The notes under the pieces were generated by a model, which was not told the origin of the DNA, searched no databases, and saw only the letters and a list, made by a program, of their open reading frames with translations. From contig NC_069005.1 in NCBI RefSeq assembly GCF_001194135.2, positions 30,135,305 to 30,169,735 of the forward strand: a stretch of 34,431 nucleotides of DNA, written 5' to 3'. Of the stretch, positions 1 to 12,104 are shown in pieces (the stretch's first letter is position 1; each line of letters starts with the position of its first letter). The DNA is from Octopus bimaculoides (Eukaryota). The position numbers were made by a program, and so were the translations under genes.

Positions 1-985
1 ATATATATATATATATATATATGTATAAAATATATGTATACATATCAAGTATATATATATATGCATATATAATATGCATTATATATATATATATATATAC
101 ACACACATCCACACAGATACATATATATACCCACCTACATATATATGTATGTATGTATGTATGCATGTGCTTGTGTGCATATTTATTTATGATTAAAATT
201 AATTAAATCATGCCACATGCTATAAAATTCTAGAGTGTTGGTTGGCAAGCTCCAATGAACCTATGTATGCAAGGAAGCAAGCTATTTTCAATAGTCGGGT
301 TGAAGTTGCAGATTTACTTTCCTTGATGTGGAAATCCATGTAAAGATTTAAGATCCATCTGCATTCCTTCTACCATGAGCATCAACTAAATCACATCTAG
401 GATGTCATATCCATGTCACAAACAATGTCACTCCCCCCCCCCATGACTTAATGCCTCCACCACTCTGGTTACCCCTTACGTAACTATGGCTACAATGACC
501 AACATAACCACTAACAACACTGACACTATCACCAACACTAACACCAAGTTCGACAAGAAAAAGTAATAATTCTAGGATTTGTCTCTGTTTAATAACCCCC
601 CACCTCCACCAAAAGAAAAGAAAATCTAATTTTCAAGCAAATTTCAAATTTTCCCTATTAATACAACCATCACTAAACACACCACCACCCAAAATTATAC
701 GTACATATGTATCATTAACTTTTTCCTCTCAAATATGCAAATAAATGGAAAAAAAATAACAACAAAAAAAACTGAAAACAGAACAAGCAAGTAAACAAAC
801 AATATGAAAACAATATATTAAATTATAAAAAAAAAACAATAATAATAATGATAATGATTTTCAGAAAGGAGTAATTATGAATGAATTGATGAAGGAGATA
901 TGGAAAAAAGAAAAAAAAATGAATAAAACTTTAAAATCTAAAGTAAAAAACAAAACAAAACAAAAAAGAGTGTTGAATAACTAAG

Positions 986-1022
<37 letters not shown>

Positions 1023-1130
1023 CATTGAATGGAAGAGAGTGTGAAGAGGAAAATTCTACTTAACAATATTGACTGCATGCTGTAAATACTTCTCTGAATA
1101 GACAAGATTCCATTCTTTGAAAACTCCAAA

Positions 1131-1177
<47 letters not shown>

Positions 1178-1219
1178 CACTATTATTATTATTATTATTA
1201 TTATTATCATTATTATTAT
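1131..1219. repeat. (ATT)n microsatellite
   Basis: About 29 near-perfect ATT units, source of the poly-Ile ORF. Confidence 0.95.
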
Positions 1220-1279
1220 AAATGTTTGTGATGATTTATTAAAGATAATAAAATTCTTATTGAACATTTTTTTTCATCC

Positions 1280-1423
1280 CTGATGTAAAAACATTGATTA
1301 TATATATTTATGCATACATACATACATACATACATGCATGCATTCACATGTAAGTTTCTATGTGTGTATGTGTGTAAATATATATATGTATGTATGTGTG
1401 AATGTGTAGGTGCATTTATGCAA

Positions 1424-1476
<53 letters not shown>

Positions 1477-1727
1477 TATGTGTGTGTGTGTATATATATA
1501 CATATATATATATGTATATATATATATGTATATTATCAAGTATATGCAATAGATGTTGTATATTTGTTTCTTTATACATATCTTGGTGTATAAGAATTTT
1601 GTATAAATGCAAGAATCATTATGCATTTACACAAGATATATATACATACATGTTTCTCTCCGTGTGTGTGTGCATGAGTGTGTATATGTATATGCCTGTG
1701 TATGTAACTTTATTTGTGTACATACTG

Positions 1728-1792
<65 letters not shown>

Positions 1793-2153
1793 GAATGTAT
1801 GTATACACATACACACACACATATATATTTATGTAGGTGTATTTATATGCATCTTAAATTATTTAAAATTCTCTTTAAAAGATACTATCGTATTTATCTT
1901 GTGTCATACATGCATATGTATATATGTATGTGTATTACCTTTGTATATACATGCAAACAGCGACAACTATCAATACACATACACACACACCAATATACAT
2001 ACATATTTATATGCACACACACACACACACGTGTGTGTGTGTGTGTGTGTGTGTGCAAATATATGTATCTGTGTGTTCACGTGTTTGGTGTGTGTATGTA
2101 TGCATATATACATATTTATACACACATACACGTATACGAGTGCATTTTTTGCA

Positions 2154-2246
<93 letters not shown>

Positions 2247-3081
2247 GATGTATATTATGCATACATATATACATACATGTTGTTTTCTTTTACAGTTTTT
2301 ATAAATACTTTATTCCAGTCCAAAAACTGTTTTTATTTTTAATCTTGAAATTCCAGTGTGAGCAAATAACAAGAAGCAATTCAAATTCTCACCTGGATAT
2401 ATATCACCCATGTTTATTAAAGGACAAAAAAAAAAAAAACCTCCAAAAATAAAAAAAAAAGAAACAAAAACAATGTATACAGTGGTTTGTAAATGTGTTC
2501 AATTAATTAAATTGTAACTTTAATTCATGATTATTATGAAAGTAATAATTAATAAAAAACAAAAAACAAAAAAAACACAGTTATCCGGTTTTAGATTTAT
2601 TATTATTTTTTTTTTTTTTCATTTCGGTTTTGATAAAGGAAAAACAAAATTATTGCGATGCTGTGAAGTAAATAGAAAAAAAGAAAATGTATTTGAAGAT
2701 ATGTTTTGTATGGACATAGCTAAAACTGTTTTGTTTTAAACCAGCTTTATTTTTTAAAGAATCTTTCTTATATATTTTATGGTGTGAGTGTATGCATGTG
2801 TGTGTGCATAAATATAATTATATGTATGTATAAATATATATACACACACATATATATATATACACATATATTGTATATATATATATATATAAATACATAC
2901 ATACACACACACACCCTTACGCACTGATCTATGCATAATTTTTCATACATGCGAAAATTTGTGTGTGTAGATGCACGTATGTATACATACATACATATAT
3001 ATATATATATACAAACATATCATGAATCCAACCCATGCCAGCATGGAAAACGGACAGATGATGATGATAATTATGTGTGTG

Positions 3082-3121
<40 letters not shown>

Positions 3122-3319
3122 TGTACGTATACATCTATGTATAAATGAATTAATGCATGTATAAGTATATATGAAACTATACATGCCTGAGGTGAAATAC
3201 AAGTATTGATGTATGCATGTGTATGTGAGAGAGTTTCTTTCAGCACTTTTGTATGTTTTTTCTATATGCATATAGAAAGCTGCCACTAAACACTTAACAT
3301 GTATATACACTATATGCAC

Positions 3320-3378
<59 letters not shown>

Positions 3379-3553
3379 TGTGTATGCAATTATGTATGGC
3401 TATATACTTACAATGTGGATGTATATATGCTACATGTATATGTCATATATATGATATTATGTGAATATGTAATAGACACGCACATAACTTTATATGCACA
3501 TCATACAGCCACACACATCCACATACATACATACATAAATATACATGTATATA

Positions 3554-3610
<57 letters not shown>

Positions 3611-3688
3611 NNNNNNNNNNNNNNNNNNNNNNNNNNNNNNNNNNNNNNNNNNNNNNNNNNNNNNNNNNNNNNNNNNNNATATATATAA

Positions 3689-3727
<39 letters not shown>

Positions 3728-3829
3728 CATATAGCGTAATGTAAAGGTTGTGAAGTATATTAAAATATATTTTACATAATCCAAACATTATGATATAGAA
3801 TTCAATACCTTTGATAAAGTGGATACATA

Positions 3830-3876
<47 letters not shown>

Positions 3877-4573
3877 ATTTTACATCTATCTGTCAATACA
3901 CACACACACACACATATATATATATAAACATGCATATACATACATACATACATCGCCATACATTCATTGTATTTCATATCTCAAAAAAAAAAAAAAGGTT
4001 GTGTTAATAAAGAAATCTGTAGCTATAGATTTAGACTAATTACATTACTTTATTGATTAATGCTAACGCATTTCCATTTCATATTTCCGAATAAACATAA
4101 ATACGAAATTTCCTGGAAAACAGCTCACTTTCTTTCATCTTACCGTTTTTTTTTTTTGTATTGGCATCTCTTCAAGGTGATATTGAATTAACTTTCAATT
4201 AATTTGTTCAATTTAACTTTTAAACCATTCATTAATCGTCTTTTAATAGAAAAGGAACAGAGCTAAACTTATGTATAAATGTTATGCAACATGTAGATAG
4301 AAATGAAATGTTTATGTATATATTCTAGGGAAAGCGAGGAGGGTATATAGTTTGAATTACAAGACACGTTACCTACTGCATGGATGAATGAGTGAATTGA
4401 AATATTAATTATGTAAGGATGAATATGTATATCTGAACAGGTGCATATATATGTGTGTGTGTATGCATGTATATATGTTATATAAGTACGTATATGTATA
4501 TACATATATGTACTTATATATATATATATATACATATATGTGCATATATAACTATAATATACATATATATGTA

Positions 4574-4609
<36 letters not shown>

Positions 4610-4735
4610 TATACATAAATGTGTGTGTGAGTGCACACACACACATATATACTTGCAAAAATTTATATATGTATGTCTATATATATATATATGTATGTAT
4701 GTATCTATGTATGTATGTATGTATATATGTATGTA
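1280..4735. repeat. Compound (TA)n/(CA)n/(TATG)n microsatellite field
   Basis: Dense alternating purine-pyrimidine repeats, e.g. pure (TA)n at 2157-2235. Generates the YIYI/HTHT/VCVC ORFs. Confidence 0.95.
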
Positions 4736-4929
4736 AAGGTATTTAGAGCAAGGTAATCATTTTGTGGGGCGTACATTCTGTAGCAGCAGTAGTTTAGTTG
4801 TAGTAGAGTAGCTGTAATCGTAGTAACAATATTAATGATATTGATAATGCTAATAATTTCTTAGCCACGTAATGGAAATGAAAAACAACATCAACAGCAA
4901 CAACAACAATAATAATAATAACAATAAGG

Positions 4930-5130
4930 CACCAATGTGTTCAGTATATTTCACTAACAAGTTCACTGGAATTAGTGAGGAGCAAGAGGATGCAAACTGG
5001 GTGAGACTATGAAGAGGCAAAGTGGAGAGACTGCGAACCTGATTTGGACTAAACTTAGAGAAGCAATAATTAATCTGCAGAACTGCCACCATTAACCCCT
5101 TTCTGCAATGTCTATCACTAACAAGAATTG
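4930..5130 (+). mobile_element. Possible degraded R4/Dong-like fragment upstream of the zinc-finger region
   Basis: Frameshifted reading EEQEDANWVRL*RGKV..ETANLIW resembles the W.WL..G.LK.ETE.LI motif. Weak. Confidence 0.3.
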
Positions 5131-5519
5131 ATGTTTGAAATTGCTGGCTAGAAATAATAGCAGATTCTGTCTTCAAATAACCACAGCTCCACAAAGGGAA
5201 GGACACTATAGGATATACTATAGACCTCGACACTTATAGAGAGAAAAAGATAAAGATAACATAGTCATTGCTTGAATGCCTTTGATCATAGTTTTGTTAA
5301 TTAAGTCAGGGTTGACCTAGGATTAAACAACAACAACAACAACAACAGCATTAAGAATTACAAGAACGCTTACAATAGTAATGATGTATTTGTAGAAGAC
5401 AAGACCAGTGAATGAATAGAAGGAAGGAAGGACAGAACGACATGGAAACCAGAATCAAAGTCGGGAGTTACATAGCATAGGAGATACCAAGAGTCAAAAA
5501 AAAAATAGAAACTGCATAA

Positions 5520-5549
<30 letters not shown>

Positions 5550-5550
<1 letters not shown>

Positions 5551-5757
5551 TGCTGATTATTGGTTGGGCCTTGGTGACAGTATCAGAAGGTGCCGAGAGG
5601 AATATAAAGGAAATGGAAATAGAGTGCCCAGTGGAGCTGTTGCAAAAATTTTGCCTCCTTGGCACAGCCAGAGTCCTTTGGAAAGTATTAGACAGTTGAA
5701 GAGAACAATTAGCATGGTTCTGTAAGTGGCAGGTAGCAAGATTCCAGAATCGTTACG
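5550..5757 (+). mobile_element. 3' relic of an R4/Dong-like non-LTR retrotransposon (restriction-like endonuclease C-terminus)
   Basis: 5550-5699 reads VLIIGWALVTVSEGAERNIKEMEIECPVELLQKFCLLGTARVLWKVLDS*, the typical LQK..LLGTA.I..KVL end. Flanked on both sides by (AAT)n. Confidence 0.7.
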
Positions 5758-5796
5758 ATAATAATAATAATGATAATGATAATGATGATGATGATG

Positions 5797-6040
5797 ATAA
5801 CAAAATACAAGTATCTTGAAATTGAAATATTCAAGTTGTTGAATATGAGGGTGAAAACAGTATCATTAGTAACTGGAGCATTTGGTACGATTAAAAAAAA
5901 TATGAAAAGAAACATAGAAGCCATACCGGGGATCACATCAGTATACATTGACCCCCAAGATAGCTCTGCTAGGAACAGCCCGAATCTTGTGGAAAACACT
6001 ATTGATTCAATAGAATAGCTCAAATAGAAGAATCTTCAGA
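5797..6040 (+). mobile_element. Second 3' relic of an R4/Dong-like retrotransposon
   Basis: TKYKYLEIEIFKLLNMRVKTVSLVTGAFGTIKKNMKRNIEAIPG, then a frameshift to KIALLGTARILWKTL. Follows an (AAT/GAT)n tract. Confidence 0.7.
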
Positions 6041-6919
6041 CACAACACACATCCTATGAAATGAGCATTTAATAATCTAAAAAAAAACATAGCTTATGCA
6101 ATATATACTACACAAGATTAAGGCCAAATAAAATAACACAACACACATTAGGCATACCATACACAACATAACAAAACACTCATGAAAGAAGAAACAAAAT
6201 CCCATAATAAAACAAACTGACACAGTATACCAACAGGAGGAATTTGCACTCCCCTAATCCCTACATGAATAAGAACACAATGCTGTATGCACCTTAAGAA
6301 CATGGGGGTGCACCAGGTGGTGCAGTAGAAATTTGCATGAAATTACCAATGAAACAACAATAAGAATAACATTCCAACTTTTGGCACAAAGCCAAAGCTT
6401 TATTCTATCAACCCCAAAAGGATAAAAAGCAAAGTTCACCTTGGCAATAGCTGAACTCAGTAGAAATGCTACAAAGCATTTTGTCTGACATGCTTAATGA
6501 TTTTTGCCAATACTAATACCACTACTAATAATAATAATGGTAAAGATTTATTTTATTTACCGGAGGGATGACAGGTTATTTTAGATATAAGATTTACATA
6601 AAATAGGATGAGACAAAATTAGAATGAGATGGAAAGTTTACACTTTTATGCAAACTCACACATGGTACAGTCCTTGTAATACTAGCAGGTCTCTAGTTTG
6701 GGCCAATCAGAGAACTCCACAGATCCAAGATCACCTTGACCCCCACTCTATACCAATGCAAATGTCCTCTACCGAATGCAATTTCCCAACCTACAGATAT
6801 ATGCTTAAAACAGTTTTAGCTCCTCTCACTATTTTCACCATAGCCAACTACGTTTTGGCAAATTCACTGGAGAGAACTAATGGTAATAATAATAATGATA
6901 ATAATAATAATAATATTAA

Positions 6920-7125
6920 TGGTTTCAAATTTTGGCAGATGAGCAATTTTAGGGGAATAGGCAGGTTGATTACATAGACCCCAGTTCTTGACTGGTGTCT
7001 ATTTCATCAAACCTGAAAGGATGACAGGCATAGTCAACCTTGATAGCGTTTGAACTCAGAACATATAGAGTTGGAAGACATGCCAATAAGCATTTACTCC
7101 AGTAGTGAACCTACCAGCTTGCCCC
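6920..7125 (-). mobile_element. Family-A SINE, degraded
   Basis: Reverse complement shows GGCAAGCTGGTAG ... GAGTTCAAA ... CTGGGGTC ... AAAATTTGAAACC followed by (ATT)n. Confidence 0.65.
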
Positions 7126-8499
7126 CACAATGGCAATAGTAATAATAATAATAATGATGGTGATGATGATATTAATAATAATAATGATGATGATAACAAC
7201 AACATCTAATATAATTTTTTTATTTAATTTTGTATGTTTAGAAACATCCAAAGAAAATGTGTCGCTCAAGCATGGAAAGAGAATATGTAGTCTGGAAGGG
7301 CATCTGGATGTAAACAAGGCCACATTAGTATATTCATGGTAGTATAGAAAAATGGACTTAAAAACAAATGGGTGAAAAAATACATATGTATACACACACA
7401 CACACACACACGTATATATGTATATATACAAGTGGTCAAACAAATAAAAGAAAGTACCACTCTATTCATACTGTTACAGCTGTGATTATTTAATGACAGT
7501 TTGACTCAGTTCCACAATACTTAAGTTTTGTAGATGCAGAATGCACCCACATTCTCAGATGCACTGAACCAGAACGAGGAGAATATTTAAAAATTTTTTA
7601 AATAGCTTCTAACTGAGAATATTTGGGTTTGCGTTAGTTGGCTCAGGTCATGTTGATACTTTGGTTAAGCAATAACAACAATTCATTCCATTATATGCTT
7701 CCACGTGGCAGAAGCAGGTAGTATATAGGTGTCAAGTGACAGTACGGATAAGTTTAGAAATATTGTAATAAATAGATAAATAAAAAATATAAAGTATATA
7801 TAAACCAATGAAGGTTTCTTAAGATGTCTACTTTGCGCTTAATCACTGTTTCTGCATAGCCACTTGATACACTAAAAATAACAACTAAATCTTCCTCAAA
7901 TCGTACCCTGTTGTTTTTAAGAAAGGAAGCATACATGAGCTAAGATCTGCTGAAAAAAAAAAATAAAAGATTGGTTAGTCATGGCTAGAAGGCCTTTGTT
8001 CATACACATCCCAGATCTATACTAATGGATGAAGTGTTGGTTAAACAATGATCACAAGGGTTGGTGTGCCATATAGCCCATGGAATTAGGAATATCTTTG
8101 AATCTAAGATAATAACTGAAGAGAGTTTTTTGGATTTTGTTATATCTTGGGAAGGTCATTATGCCAGTAATATACAAAAAAAAACAAACAAACACTGGTT
8201 CTATTTTACTTCTTTGTTTTTATTAGTCAATTGGCTACCATTTAACCAATTAACTAATCAATTAGTTAAGGTGATAGAGTGCAGGAAACTAAAGAACAAC
8301 AGAACATGGCCAACATAAGACCCCACACGTGGTTGCTTGAAGTAGCAGTTAAATCTCTAAATCACACATCAGACCATCTTAAAAAGAATGATACACTAGA
8401 TAATGTAGTCTAAGGTATATGATGACAAGAAGACAAAGGAAACGTATGGAACATCAATGCTTCTTCCTTGAGTCTTTCACTCGCTTTGGGGTGTACTCC

Positions 8500-8640
8500 A
8501 GTGACCTCAAATCTGGTCTGTTTTTTCTGCTTTCCCCCAGTTGAGTCTCTGACTTTTGAGATCTGCTTCAATATCCCAACTCCACCTATTTTTTGATGTC
8601 TTCACTTATGCCTTCCAGGTGGGTTCCAAGTCCAAGTATG
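8500..8640 (-). mobile_element. RTE-clade LINE ORF2 C-terminal relic
   Basis: Two frames give TWNPPGRHK*R and KNRWSWDIEADLKSQRLNWGKAEKTDQ, resembling the RTE W.P.GKR..GRPK..WRR..E.DL......W motif. Confidence 0.55.
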
Positions 8641-8837
8641 CATGAGGGGCTTTGGATAAAAGAAAATACGGGAGGAGCAGTTAATTAATGATTTTATTCA
8701 ACATATTCCCCTTTCAGATTCACACAATTATTGCAGCAGTCCTTCATTTTTTCTCAGCCCTTTTCTAAGGTTGGGCCTCCAACCAGGCCTTTCATGATAC
8801 CCTTAAAGCCAGGAAGTTTTCAGCACCCCCTCATGTA
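8641..8837 (+). mobile_element. Mariner-type MITE, 5'-damaged copy
   Basis: Body is the same family as 8869-9087. Ends with the TIR AAAGCCAGGAAGTTTTCAGCACCCCCTCA followed by TA repeats. Confidence 0.65.
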
Positions 8838-8868
8838 TATATATATATATATATCTATACATATTATG

Positions 8869-9087
8869 TACGAGGGTGTACTGAAAAGTTCCTGGCTTTG
8901 GGTAAAAGAAAATACAGGAGGATCAGTTAATTATGATCTTATTCAACATACTCCCCTCTCAGATTTAATTGCAGCAGTCCTTCAGTTTCTTTTTTCTAAG
9001 CCCTGTAAAAGAACTTGGAAGGTTGGGCCTCCACCCAGGTCTTTTGTGATACCTTTAAAGCCAGAAACTTTTTACCACCCCCTCATA
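8869..9087 (+). mobile_element. Mariner-type MITE, about 219 bp, with TIRs and TA ends
   Basis: Left end TACGAGGGTGTACTGAAAAGTTCCTGGCTTT and right end AAAGCCAGAAACTTTTTACCACCCCCTCATA are imperfect inverted repeats bounded by TA. Confidence 0.75.
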
Positions 9088-9400
9088 CACATTTATATTT
9101 CTCTGAGGGAAGACCTCCCACTCCCAGGTTTTCTTGGTTTTGAATTGTCATCAATGGTCTTGTAACTTTGTTTTTATTCTAGGTGAGGAATGTTAGCCCT
9201 GTGCAAATTAATTTTTACTTCAGAGAAGACTTGGGCCCATATTAGTCAGGCCTCTGTCTTTAGACTTGTCGGGCATAGGAGGGCTCTAGCAGGAGCTTAT
9301 ACCCCACTGGCAAAGCTCTCAGGGTCATTCAGATACAGAAGCCACTGCACTCCAGCAAGGACTGCTCCCTGTTGTGGAAGGTCAGCTGAGATGCTTTGAG

Positions 9401-9836
9401 CCCTTTAGCACTCAGATCACTCAGTCAAATTGTAATGCTTACTAATTCATGTTGCCTTGATCATGCACTGTCTCATAGCTTAGAGATTCTGATGATGCGA
9501 CTGTTTATTTTTAGAATGAAATTATAGGGTGTGTACGAGAGGCAAGAGCTGGCTGGTTTCAAAATAAAACAGCTGGAATATTTTGGTCGGATATGACCAG
9601 TTTAAATGCTACAGTTTTAACCGTTTAGTATTCGGATTGCTTTGTCAAATGTAATGCTTATTTATTCACATTGCTTTGAATTATGCATTATCTCGTAGCT
9701 TTGAGATTTTGAAGATATGATTGTATGTATTTAGACTGATATTGTAGGATAGGTGTGAGAAGCCAGATCTAGCTGGTTTGAGCATAAAACAGGTAGGCAA
9801 TTTTGGCTGGATATGGCTTGTTTAAATGCTACAAAG
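9401..9836. mobile_element. Two tandem copies of a ~215-bp piggyBac-like MITE
   Basis: Units 9401-9616 and 9621-9836 align throughout (GTCAAAT-GTAATGCTTA ... GCTGGTTT ... TAAAACAG ... TTTTGG..GGATATG ... TTTAAATGCTA). Ends CCCTTTAGCA / TGCTA are inverted repeats. The junction contains TTAA at 9617-9620. Confidence 0.6.
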
Positions 9837-10160
9837 TCAGTCCTAGGTTTGTTCAATCAGGGTTCGGGGCTGAGCCAGGACTAAACAACAACACCAGTGT
9901 TTGGTTTTGCTTCTTTGCATCTTGAGTCCACATCTTAGTGTGGTGGTGAGCAAACTTTATTTCTTTTCATCTGTCATTCACTCAGCAAACACTTATTGAT
10001 TCAACAGATTATCCACCACCCAGCCACACACCTCCATCCCTAGACCTTGCACCACAGCACCCTACACCTCATTTATACCTAAACATTTGTGACTTTGTAG
10101 CCAATGTAAGGTATCATCATTGCTGTTGTTGTTGTTGTTGTTATTATTATTATTATTATT

Positions 10161-10328
10161 AGAAGGTGGTGAGTTGGTAGAATCATTAGCACGCTAGGAA
10201 AAACGCTTAGCAGTATTTCGTCTGTCTTTACTTTCTGAGTTCAAATTCTGCCAAGGTCGATTTCGACTTGATGTAATCGACTTATCCCCTTCCCCAAAAT
10301 TTCAGGCCTTGTGCCTATAGTAGAAAGA
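10161..10328 (+). mobile_element. tRNA-derived SINE, family A
   Basis: GGTGAGTTGGTAGAATCATTAGCACG ... GAGTTCAAATTCTGCC ... GGCCTTGTGCC, with an (ATT)n tail. Confidence 0.75.
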
Positions 10329-10363
<35 letters not shown>

Positions 10364-11365
10364 AACGCAGCAAGTTAGCAGAATTGTTAGGGTATCAGAC
10401 AACAGAACGCATTGTGAAATTTCTTCCAACCTTTTACGTTCTCAGTTCAAATTCCACCATGGTTGTTGTACTGGGGTTGTTGTAATTAAATAATATTTTT
10501 CCCTCAAAAAAAAAAAACAAGTTCAACTTAGTCTTTCATCCCTTTCCGGATTGATAAAATAAGAACTAGCTAAACNNNNNNNNNNNNNNNNNNNNNNNNN
10601 NNNNNNNNNNNNNNNNNNNNNNNNNNNNNNNNNNNNNNNNNNNNNNNNNNNNNNNNNNNNNNNNNNNNNNNNNNNNNNNNNNNNNNNNNNNNNNNNNNNN
10701 NNNNNNNNNNNNNNNNNNNNNNNNNNNNNNNNNNNNNNNNNNNNNNNNNNNNNNNNNNNNNNNNNNNNNNNNNNNNNNNNNNNNNNNNNNNNNNNNNNNN
10801 NNNNNNNNNNNNNNNNNNNNNNNNNNNNNNNNNNNNNNNNNNNNNNNNNNNNNNNNNNNNNNNNNNNNNNNNNNNNNNNNNNNNNNNNNNNNNNNNNNNN
10901 NNNNNNNNNNNNNNNNNNNNNNNNNNNNNNNNNNNNNNNNNNNNNNNNNNNNNNNNNNNNNNNNNNNNNNNNNNNNNNNNNNNNNNNNNNNNNNNNNNNN
11001 NNNNNNNNNNNNNNNNNNNNNNNNNNNNNNNNNNNNNNNNNNNNNNNNNNNNNNNNNNNNNNNNNNNNNNNNNNNNNNNNNNNNNNNNNNNNNNNNNNNN
11101 NNNNNNNNNNNNNNNNNNNNNNNNNNNNNNNNNNNNNNNNNNNNNNNNNNNNNNNNNNNNNNNNNNNNNNNNNNNNNNNNNNNNNNNNNNNNNNNNNNNN
11201 NNNNNNNNNNNNNNNNNNNNNNNNNNNNNNNNNNNNNNNNNNNNNNNNNNNNNNNNNNNNNNNNNNNNNNNNNNNNNNNNNNNNNNNNNNNNNNNNNNNN
11301 NNNNNNNNNNNNNNNNNNNNNNNNNNNNNNNNNNNNNNNNNNNNNNNNNNNNNNNNNNNNNNNNN

Positions 11366-11455
<90 letters not shown>

Positions 11456-11474
11456 AGTGAGTGAGTGAGTGAGT

Positions 11475-11772
11475 GAAGGCATGTGGTCTACTAGTTAGAG
11501 CGTCAGGCTCATGATTGACAGGTCATGAGTTCGATTCTCAGGCAGGGCAACACCTTGTACTCCTTGGGCAAGACACTTCATTTTACTTTGATTCGGTCCA
11601 CAAAGATGATACTCAATGTGATTACCATCAGCAAGTGAGAGCTAACCTTGAAGTGGACTGGTGTCTTGTTCAGATAGGCATTCCTGTACTCCCGGTCACT
11701 TAAATATCACACAAACCACAAACCAGAAAAAGTTCCAGTCTAATGGGTTTGTGGGCTTGTGACAGACTTTAA

Positions 11773-11775
<3 letters not shown>
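11475..11775 (+). mobile_element. Family-C-like SINE
   Basis: GAAGGCATGTGGTCTACTAGTTAGAG head, GAGTTCGATTC B-box, CCTTGGGCAAGACACTT core. Confidence 0.6.
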
Positions 11776-11868
<93 letters not shown>

Positions 11869-12062
11869 CACACACACACATGTATACAGACATGTATTTA
11901 TGTGTATGTATGCATACAGGCACGCATATATATATATACACACAGACACGCATATATATATATATATACACACACACAAAGTATCAATCAAGTAGCAGAG
12001 TTGATTTAATTAATTAACCCCTTTTTTCATGATTTCAGGCCTTGTGCCAGCATGAGCAAGAA

Positions 12063-12104
<42 letters not shown>

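Noticed and set aside
233-343. Plus-strand frame ECWLASSNEPMYARKQAIFNSRVEVADLLSLMWKSM* after a TAG, a possible terminal exon
   Set aside because: Only 36 codons, weak polypyrimidine tract, and no recognisable family. It cannot be supported without transcript or homology data.
21-4736. Many 60-310 aa ORFs rich in YI, HT, VC or poly-Ile
   Set aside because: They are translations of (TA)n, (CA)n and (ATT)n microsatellites with no protein-like composition.
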